From: a virus
Lineage: Duplodnaviria > Caudoviricetes
IMG/VR virus record: IMGVR_UViG_3300025598_001677
Span: 1 to 28,278 of that record
Direction: 5' to 3' (one strand)
DNA length: 28,278 bases
Below, one piece after another: positions 18,837-24,419 of this stretch. A program made the position numbers and the translations under genes. The notes under the pieces were generated by a model that was given only the letters and a program-made list of their open reading frames with translations, had not been told where the DNA came from and did no database searches. The first letter of the stretch is position 1. Each line of letters starts with the position of its first letter.

Positions 18837-19369
18837 TTGGGTAGGGTTGCGGTTGCTGTTGAAGCGGTTACGGGTTCTTTCGCGTGAACAAGGCCGAGGC
18901 TTAAAATGGTTCCGAGCTTCTGCGCTGGCGTTTCGGCTGCGAAGGGGACTTTCTGGGTAGCTGCAGGATCTGCAGGAACTGAAGCTGCAGACTGAGAGGC
19001 GACGGCTGCAGTAGCCGGAACTGCAGTAACTGGGGTAGCTGCAGCTTTCGGCTTGTGGCTGAAGAATCCCGCATCGTTGAAGCCCTTGACCAAGCTGCCG
19101 ATGAGCGTCACCAATCCGCCGATCGCGCCCGCTACCGAGGCTGGATTCTGCGTTGCCGTCAGGACTTGCCCGCCGAGAAGGATCAGGCCGAGCGTTTTAC
19201 CTAGCTTGGTCGCGCCGGGATCGTTGGGGCTGGTGGCTTCGGTGTGAATGATTGCGGCGGCGGCCTGCGCCGTTTGAATGGCGGTCGGTGCCCAAGTGGT
19301 GATTTGCTGTTCAATGCCGCTGATAGCCGTTGCGATGCTCGACGGCTGGGGTGTTGGGGTTGTGCTCAT
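18833..19369 (-). CDS. Holin-like membrane protein
   Basis: 178 aa with two hydrophobic segments and an Ala-rich tail, GAGG RBS, upstream of the endolysin. The function is inferred from position. Confidence 0.5.
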   Translation of the reverse strand: MSTTPTPQPSSIATAISGIEQQITTWAPTAIQTAQAAAAIIHTEATSPNDPGATKLGKTLGLILLGGQVLTATQNPASVAGAIGGLVTLIGSLVKGFNDAGFFSHKPKAAATPVTAVPATAAVASQSAASVPADPAATQKVPFAAETPAQKLGTILSLGLVHAKEPVTASTATATLPK

Positions 19370-19381
19370 AGTATGTCCTCT

Positions 19382-19582
19382 CTAGAAAAGTCTTTGCGCC
19401 CGACGTCGCCACATGTCGCCCGGGTTGATGGCTACCTGTTGCCACATCTTCAATTCCCGGCGAAGGGCGGCTGAGGCCGATCGATCGGCGCGAAATAGCA
19501 AGGCGCGTAGCAGGCCATGGATGCAGAAGCCAAGCAAAGCGCCGAAGAATGCCGTTGTCGAAAGCTCCATTACGGTGCTCAC
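19382..19582 (-). CDS. Small membrane protein
   Basis: Start re-called to GTG 19582 (GTGA overlap). One hydrophobic segment and a basic C-terminus. Confidence 0.55.
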   Translation of the reverse strand: MSTVMELSTTAFFGALLGFCIHGLLRALLFRADRSASAALRRELKMWQQVAINPGDMWRRRAQRLF

Positions 19583-19917
19583 TGCTGCCTCGCATTGATG
19601 GAAGCCACCGCGCCGAACATGGCCGCCGTTGCGAAATTGGTGTAGATGCTGGCTTTGACCGCTTGCGCGTTGTGCCTGCTTCGCCATTGCAGAGCCACCA
19701 TGCCGACTACGGCTGCCGCTTTGATGGTGATACCCTTTGCGCCGAACGTTCCCCGAGTCGCCAATAGCGGGTTACCCTCGATCTGGCCGTGACTGGTCAT
19801 CGCGTCTGCGGTTGTGCCCGCTGCCATGACCGCGATTGAGGCTACCCAGAGCTTGAGCCGTGGGTGTTCCGCCGCTTGGGTGATGCTGGCGGCCAGGAAT
19901 AAGGCTAAGAGCTTCAT
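19579..19917 (-). CDS. Signal-peptide membrane protein (D-x2-T...E-x-NPL motif, DUF5658-like)
   Basis: Start re-called to ATG 19917 (TAATG overlap), MKLLALFLAASITQA. Motif ADAMTS...EGNPLL and three hydrophobic segments. Confidence 0.65.
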   Translation of the reverse strand: MKLLALFLAASITQAAEHPRLKLWVASIAVMAAGTTADAMTSHGQIEGNPLLATRGTFGAKGITIKAAAVVGMVALQWRSRHNAQAVKASIYTNFATAAMFGAVASINARQQ

Positions 19918-20141
19918 TAGTTGCCGTCGCTGGGGCTGTGGCCGGAATCTTGGGTAGCGGCCGCGTTGGGGATTAGCTGCAATCGGCACTCTTTGCCAAG
20001 ACTGGCGTCGAAGCCGTCAGGGTAGAATTGCGGGTCGAAGTCGTAGAGCGCGCCGAATTTCGGCAGCGGGTACAACGGCTCGTCAACGGGCTGAATGTTG
20101 ATACGGCCGTCGTCCAAACGGGTGACGATAATCTGTGTCAC
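19917..20141 (-). CDS. Small hypothetical protein
   Basis: 74 aa, GTG start directly after the upstream stop. Confidence 0.55.
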   Translation of the reverse strand: MTQIIVTRLDDGRINIQPVDEPLYPLPKFGALYDFDPQFYPDGFDASLGKECRLQLIPNAAATQDSGHSPSDGN

Positions 20142-20324
20142 CTATTTCTCCGGTAATTCTGGCGCCATCTGAATCTCACTCCACACCAAGCCGCCGATTT
20201 TCTGGCACTGATCGCCCTCGGAGCAGTCGAATTGCTTTTGTGAGCTCGGAATCTGCATCGGCTCAGCCAGTGAAAAGCAGGAATACTTGCCGTTCGGGTG
20301 GCGGGTGACGATTAGCTGTTTCAA
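20142..20324 (-). CDS. Small hypothetical protein (possible paralog of 19917..20141)
   Basis: 60 aa, TTG start with GGGGAG RBS, similar N-terminus to the next gene. Confidence 0.55.
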   Translation of the reverse strand: MKQLIVTRHPNGKYSCFSLAEPMQIPSSQKQFDCSEGDQCQKIGGLVWSEIQMAPELPEK

Positions 20325-20325
20325 A

Positions 20326-20391
20326 CTAAACTCCCCAGAAATTGCTCCAGATGCTCTGGAAGGTGGTGACGATAACGATAATGTCGATCAT
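20326..20391 (-). CDS. 21-aa hydrophobic micropeptide
   Basis: MIDIIVIVTTFQSIWSNFWGV. ATG overlaps the upstream TAA (TAATG) and the ORF fills the gap. Confidence 0.35.
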   Translation of the reverse strand: MIDIIVIVTTFQSIWSNFWGV

Positions 20392-20708
20392 TATTGCCTC
20401 GGTGGATCGGTTGGCAGGCGCTTTGTGCCGCCCTCGAAATAAGCCATGATGCGGCTAAGAATCGTTGTCTGATCCCTTTGCAGCTTCATGACGTCGCCCA
20501 GGTCGCGCTTGACATACTCCATGTCTTTGTCATGGAGTTCAATTTTGGTCGCTATTGCGGCCAATTTGTCGTCTCTCTCTTTCGTCGCGTGTTCGTTTGG
20601 CTCACGAGAGGCGCGATACGCCGCCCAGATCGAGACAATGAGCGCGGTCGGATTGAGCAATTTCCCGATAAATTCCCAGCCTTGAGGGTCAACGGATGGT
20701 TCAGGCAT
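20391..20708 (-). CDS. N-terminal TM plus coiled-coil protein (holin/antiholin-like)
   Basis: 105 aa, hydrophobic TALIVSIWAAY followed by a heptad-rich region. Confidence 0.6.
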   Translation of the reverse strand: MPEPSVDPQGWEFIGKLLNPTALIVSIWAAYRASREPNEHATKERDDKLAAIATKIELHDKDMEYVKRDLGDVMKLQRDQTTILSRIMAYFEGGTKRLPTDPPRQ

Positions 20709-20769
20709 GGCATGGGCAAAGCATTCTCAATGTCTGGTACTGGCCGTACTTTAGATAGCACTGTTGGTA

Positions 20770-20997
20770 CTACTGACGCTTGGTTGAATTGGTACACCAA
20801 TCGCGGGTGCCTTTGGGACATCCGCCGTGAGGCCCGGATGGTACCGAGCCGTCAGAGCAGATGCACATGCCGGGAGGCGGGGCGATGTCTTTGATGCGGA
20901 TGCGTTCAGATGGCCGCTCGACGGCAACCAAGAGGGCGAAGGGTAGGAAGAATAGTAGTTTTTTCATGGCGTGTATGAATTTGTCGGTTTGGTTCAT
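20770..20997 (-). CDS. Small secreted Cys-rich protein
   Basis: Signal-like MKKLLFFLPFALLVA (alternative start 20967) and four Cys in the mature part. Confidence 0.55.
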   Translation of the reverse strand: MNQTDKFIHAMKKLLFFLPFALLVAVERPSERIRIKDIAPPPGMCICSDGSVPSGPHGGCPKGTRDWCTNSTKRQ

Positions 20998-21260
20998 GAC
21001 CAGACCATCCCGGCTACATGGCAGCGGTGAAATAGGCTGGGTGCGGGCTGCTGGCTGTGCCAGGTCCGTCCGTTGGCGTTGGTCGAGTCGTAACCGCAGG
21101 CTTTCTGTGCCGCGCTGACTTCTTCGTCCGTCGCCAGGAGCATTCGGACGCCCTTAACGCCCCACATCTCGGCCTTGCCCTGTTTGACTAAGGACATGGC
21201 CGAACGCTGGCGACACTCACGTAACAGCTTGCCTGATCTGGAGAATACGCTGAATTTCAT
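20994..21260 (-). CDS. 88-aa basic protein, first late gene, PLMP/RRXRR-like N-terminal domain
   Basis: F.V.S.SGK.L..C....A..LVKQGKA pattern aligns by eye with the IscB N-terminal domain. Confidence 0.6.
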   Translation of the reverse strand: MKFSVFSRSGKLLRECRQRSAMSLVKQGKAEMWGVKGVRMLLATDEEVSAAQKACGYDSTNANGRTWHSQQPAPSLFHRCHVAGMVWS

Positions 21261-21364
21261 GGTTTAGAGGAAGGGACTGAAAGGGACCTGGGAAGGTGGC
21301 AGCATTTAAGCGCCTAAGAGCGGTAGACGGGTCCATGGCTTGCGCGTGCTGCCCGTCTGAACAA

Positions 21365-21394
21365 ACTATAGTCCTAGTGAGCGGGCTGTGTCAA
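21365..21394 (-). promoter_or_regulatory. Sigma70-type promoter, probable late promoter
   Basis: TTGACA-18nt-TATAGT on the minus strand, downstream of the tRNA terminator and heading the 21-kb late operon. Confidence 0.75.
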
Positions 21395-21448
21395 CAGGCA
21401 TGACGAATTTTTCTGTTCAGACAGAAATTACAGGCGGGAGTGGGTATG

Positions 21449-21477
21449 AAAAAGCCCCAGCGGTTAGGCTGAGGCTT
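21449..21477 (-). terminator. Rho-independent terminator after the tRNA
   Basis: AAGCCTCAGC-CTAACC-GCTGGGGCTT-TTT: 10-bp stem with one G-U pair, then a U tract. Confidence 0.8.
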
Positions 21478-21481
21478 GTAT

Positions 21482-21556
21482 TGGTTGCCCTGGTCCGATT
21501 TGAACGGACGGCCTTTAGGTTATGAGCCTAACGAGATACCACTTCTCCACAGGGCG
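21482..21556 (-). tRNA. tRNA-Met(CAU), initiator (fMet) type
   Basis: 75-nt cloverleaf CGCCCTG-TG-GAGA-AGTGGTA-TCTC-G-TTAGG-CTCATAA-CCTAA-AGGCC-GTCCG-TTCAAAT-CGGAC-CAGGGCA-ACCA. Shows C1xA72 mismatch, G2-C71, C3-G70, A11-U24, A57 and an encoded CCA. Confidence 0.93.
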
Positions 21557-21878
21557 AGGCTACCCGATCCAGCAAAGAGTACGTCACCTGATACTCTTCC
21601 CCGTCAAATTCCACCATCGCGTCTGATGTCCCCACTTTGCCCTTAAACACGCCTTGGTGCTTCCTGGTGCGGTGATAGACCAAATCCCCGGATTTGATCT
21701 TGGCGGCTGCATTTCGGTTGCCCTTGGGGGCGCCGCCGCGTTCTGTCTTCTGCTTCAGCTTGGCGCGACGGCCGGCCTCGGCAAAAAGTAGCTCATCTGG
21801 GATCGTGGCGAGATCCCATGAGCCGTGAAACGGCGTCACGTACTGGTAGCCGTCTACTGCCGGAAGAGGGGTGCTCAT
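21528..21878 (-). CDS. 116-aa basic hypothetical protein with GGAPKGNRNA motif and SH3/KOW-like C-terminus
   Basis: Start re-called to ATG 21878 (GGTGGTG RBS, ATGA overlap). C-terminal IKSGDLVYH...GV....AMVEF is SH3-like. The stop codon lies inside the tRNA. Confidence 0.6.
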   Translation of the reverse strand: MSTPLPAVDGYQYVTPFHGSWDLATIPDELLFAEAGRRAKLKQKTERGGAPKGNRNAAAKIKSGDLVYHRTRKHQGVFKGKVGTSDAMVEFDGEEYQVTYSLLDRVASPCGEVVSR

Positions 21879-22009
21879 ATCACCACCACCGTGTAGCGCG
21901 CTTTGCGCCCAGGACGATTCAGGACAACTGTGAAGATTTCGGTTAGGCCCAGGATCTTTACTGAATACTGGCTGATTCCGTTTGCGTTGGATAGTGGGGT
22001 TGCTTTCAT
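21875..22009 (-). CDS. 44-aa hypothetical protein (leaderless)
   Basis: Not in the ORF track. MKATPLSNANGISQYSVKILGLTEIFTVVLNRPGRKARYTVVVI. ATG is 6 nt after a -10 box and the stop is coupled to the next ATG. Confidence 0.55.
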   Translation of the reverse strand: MKATPLSNANGISQYSVKILGLTEIFTVVLNRPGRKARYTVVVI

Positions 22010-22015
22010 GTCTCA

Positions 22016-22044
22016 ATCATACAATCGGCCCGATTGAATAGCAA
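22016..22044 (-). promoter_or_regulatory. Sigma70 promoter with operator palindrome
   Basis: TTGCTA-17nt-TATGAT, with the perfect inverted repeat CAATCGG-C-CCGATTG (22022-22036) in the spacer. Confidence 0.65.
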
Positions 22045-22097
22045 CAGAAAAACACCACGCCACGCAAAATAAATGAAGGAAAGGCGAAGATTCTCTC

Positions 22098-22127
22098 TTG
22101 ACAGAAAGAACGGGAGGGACTGACAAT
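22098..22127 (+). promoter_or_regulatory. Candidate sigma70 promoter, divergent from the tRNA cassette
   Basis: TTGACA-18nt-GACAAT with an A-rich upstream tract. Confidence 0.5.
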
Positions 22128-22130
22128 GAA

Positions 22131-22411
22131 GCCAGCGGGCTTAACTGCCGCCGAGCGTCGTATTTGGCGTGAGATCGGTGGGCAGCGTATAGCGAAGAGG
22201 CTGGCTGATCGTGGCGAAGTGGCGAGAGTTTACTAAGCTGCATTCCGAGGATAGTTAGACTGGAATGCAAATCAGGCCAGGGGGAATTGACCCGGACGCA
22301 AGCAGGCAAATCCTCGTCTCTGAAAAGAGAGGGGGTCGGGGGTGTGATTTGCTCTACACCCCGAAATGCTCAGGGGATTGGACGCGCGTGTAGCGGTGGC
22401 GAGCATTCCGG
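22131..22411 (+). ncRNA. Candidate structured ncRNA (~280 nt, unassigned family)
   Basis: At least six helices, G-U pairs valid on the plus strand, a GAGA tetraloop and a possible 7-bp loop pseudoknot. No convincing long ORF. Confidence 0.5.
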
Positions 22412-22765
22412 TTATTCAGTCAGCCAGTCAAGCCATTGCGTCTCGACAAACCAGCCTCTCCTTTTAAGTTCTTCGATTCTTTTACACCACTTGCCGCACT
22501 TCCCACGCGGCAAACCAGCCGATGGGCGCACGAAATCATTTTCCCTGGCTAGTGCGTACATGGGGAACGCTGGGTCTAGTTGCGTGAATTGTACCGTTGT
22601 CGCCGCGCCTGTCTGGATGCCGGCTGACTGTGCCCATGGCAAATCCACACTGAGCGACACAAGCGACAGAATGTTTGATTGATTGGGGTCGGGTGTGAAC
22701 GATGTGGTGAACACCGTTGCCGACGCCGAAAAGGTTGCAAGTAAAGCTAGTACTAGTGTTTTCAT
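22412..22765 (-). CDS. Secreted hypothetical protein (moron-like)
   Basis: Clear signal peptide MKTLVLALLATFSASA and its own promoter-like element immediately upstream. Confidence 0.65.
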   Translation of the reverse strand: MKTLVLALLATFSASATVFTTSFTPDPNQSNILSLVSLSVDLPWAQSAGIQTGAATTVQFTQLDPAFPMYALARENDFVRPSAGLPRGKCGKWCKRIEELKRRGWFVETQWLDWLTE

Positions 22766-22771
22766 AACTGG

Positions 22772-22800
22772 ATTGTAAGACTTACCATCGGTTTAATCTA
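22772..22800 (-). promoter_or_regulatory. Candidate promoter giving a leaderless mRNA
   Basis: TAGATT-17nt-TACAAT, 6 nt before ATG 22765, with no Shine-Dalgarno. Confidence 0.5.
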
Positions 22801-22823
22801 CCCCCACTTTAGTAAGGTGGGTA
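22799..22823. terminator. Hairpin downstream of 22828..23229
   Basis: TACCC(CC)ACTT/AGGTGGGTA imperfect stem, no U tract. Confidence 0.3.
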
Positions 22824-22827
22824 CGGT

Positions 22828-23229
22828 TTACTTCAGCGCCTCCCGCGCTTTCATGGCCGCATCGCGCAATGTGCGACCCGTCCACACCCCAGGATAAGGC
22901 GACTCTGGCGAGTCCAACTCCACCTTCATCACGTCCGGAATAAATGTGATTCGATCATTCGTGCTGGGGTGGAACGTGGCCTCGGTCCCTAATTGTTCTA
23001 GCCAGTCCAGCAGACCCTTGTCCTTCCGAAGCGCGTCCACTTCCTCGCGCAACCGATCCCGCTCAGGAATGATGTCTGTCTGCGCCCGCCATGCCTCCGT
23101 CATTTCGTGAAGCTCCGCGTTCAAGCACCCGATGCGCTTTTTTAGCTCGGCATTCTCCCTCTCCAATTCCGCAATTTGGTCCAGCGCTTGCGTGTTCAGC
23201 GCAATAGTCATCGAATCGTCCATCGTCAT
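22828..23229 (-). CDS. Coiled-coil phage protein (Ead/nin-region type)
   Basis: 133 aa, AGGAG/GAGG RBS. Heptad repeats followed by LR.D...LDWLE...LRDA, a pattern common in small phage early proteins. Confidence 0.7.
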   Translation of the reverse strand: MTMDDSMTIALNTQALDQIAELERENAELKKRIGCLNAELHEMTEAWRAQTDIIPERDRLREEVDALRKDKGLLDWLEQLGTEATFHPSTNDRITFIPDVMKVELDSPESPYPGVWTGRTLRDAAMKAREALK

Positions 23230-23247
23230 CCTCTCTCCTCTCCTGCC

Positions 23248-23838
23248 CTAGCTGGCCTTCCGTCTGTGTAATTGCATGTGGCAGGGCTTACACAGTATCT
23301 CTAAATCTTCGTCCAATTCAGCCCCAAGACGCTCATAGGTCTTATGGTGAACGTGAATATTGGCAGTGCTTCCGCACGTCGAGCAGATGGCTCCACGCGC
23401 GGCAAGAACGCGCCGTTTAACCTTTGCCCATGCGTTTGAAGACATGTAGGCGTTGTAGACCATCAACCGTTCCCGTCCTGGAGTGTTCGCAAACTGCAAA
23501 ATCACTTCACGGTAAGTGGTGGCCGAAGTGTCCAGTTCCAGCTTTCTGCAAAGGCGCGTGACTTTGGCGCGCTTCGCTTTGCACTTAGGGCCGTAAACGC
23601 TTTCTACGCGCTCTTTCACGGCCTTTAGCTGGCTCCTAAAGGTATCAACTTGACTACCCTCTAAAGTCGAAACCAAGGGCAAATCCAGCGACATCTTAGC
23701 CGCGAACGCCTCAATTTTACGGTTCACTTTACGTGTCATTTTTGCAACAGACTTTAGCTGTTTGTTGGTGACTCTGCGATTGATCGAGGTAAGCATTGCT
23801 CTGATGTTTGCAGCTTCTAACGCGTATTCTCTTTCCAT
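23248..23838 (-). CDS. HNH endonuclease with basic helical N-terminal extension
   Basis: C-terminal Y..Y..S..W...K...L......CSTC.....HVHH.TY...G.E...DL..LCKPCH...H. Confidence 0.88.
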   Translation of the reverse strand: MEREYALEAANIRAMLTSINRRVTNKQLKSVAKMTRKVNRKIEAFAAKMSLDLPLVSTLEGSQVDTFRSQLKAVKERVESVYGPKCKAKRAKVTRLCRKLELDTSATTYREVILQFANTPGRERLMVYNAYMSSNAWAKVKRRVLAARGAICSTCGSTANIHVHHKTYERLGAELDEDLEILCKPCHMQLHRRKAS

Positions 23839-24207
23839 ACAAACCCCTTAAAGACTCTTAAGAACTTAATGCTTGGAAGGCTTCGTTCGTACAGGGATCT
23901 AGTTAACCCTGGGAAAAATATTCCTAGAGCTTACTTGTCTCCCTGGTTCGTCATGCCCGTATAGGAACGAACGCACGCGCCAATTGGACTCTTAGGGGAC
24001 GCGACCCCGGTATCTCCGCCCCCTCCTGGTTTGACGCTTGGCTTTCGCTACAGCGATTGGTCCTATCGAGACAGGGGAGCCCCCTCACCTGGGTTAGTTC
24101 CGTCCCGGCATTGGCTTTCGCCTATGCTACTGCCAAGCAACAAAGCGAACGCACGGATACCTGATGGGGTATGGGTAGCGGTTTTAGAATATGCTCTGCC
24201 ACTGGAC
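23839..24207 (-). ncRNA. Candidate ~370-nt structured RNA / leader of the HNH gene
   Basis: Starts at a promoter and has no minus-strand ORF in the track. Two GAAA-capped hairpins and several long-range complementary segments. Confidence 0.55.
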
Positions 24208-24213
24208 AAGGCC

Positions 24214-24242
24214 AGTATAACCGAAGGTGGATAAATCTACAA
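24214..24242 (-). promoter_or_regulatory. Sigma70 promoter with overlapping operator-like palindrome
   Basis: TTGTAG-17nt-TATACT. GTGGAT-AA-ATCTAC (24227-24240) overlaps the -35 box. Confidence 0.6.
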
Positions 24243-24272
24243 GTGGGAACGGTGGATTTTTTCAGGACGGTG

Positions 24273-24309
24273 AAAATGGAACGGGCGGCGCAGTTTCCCG
24301 CAGCCGCCC
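24273..24309 (-). terminator. Probable terminator hairpin downstream of the RHH gene
   Basis: GGGCGGC-T-GCGG-GAAA-CTGC-GCCGCCC followed by GTTCCATTTT. Confidence 0.55.
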
Positions 24310-24419
24310 TTGTTCATTGTCCAGATGAGCAAATTCCAATAACAGTCTATCACGGTCTAAATAGCTTGAGCAAAGCCTTTTTGTTGACTTGCTGGCTGCC
24401 TGCAAGCTGGACGAGTACT

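Noticed and set aside
205-21118. Many plus-strand ORFs of 60-175 aa and alternative-frame minus ORFs (e.g. 14019..14756, 13335..13883)
   Set aside because: They are shadows of the long, coupled minus-strand genes in GC-rich DNA and show no recognisable motifs.
21482-21556. tRNA as an attL/attR prophage boundary
   Set aside because: Phage genes continue on both sides, with no integrase and no duplicated tRNA 3' fragment in the window. Use as attP cannot be excluded.
22126-22236. 36-aa plus-strand ORF with a GGGAGG RBS
   Set aside because: Its ATG overlaps the predicted -10 box and the sequence is better explained by RNA helices. Not fully excluded.
22250-22295. Group I intron core
   Set aside because: No convincing P7 (R/S) pairing and no interrupted host gene.
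22294-22340. c-di-GMP-I riboswitch (GGCAAA..GAAA..GACGCAA-like words)
   Set aside because: The words occur in the wrong order and no downstream plus-strand gene is present to regulate.
23248-23838. IscB, Cas9-like or TnpB nuclease call
   Set aside because: Only 196 aa, with no RuvC I/II/III motifs. The HNH belongs to a common small phage type.
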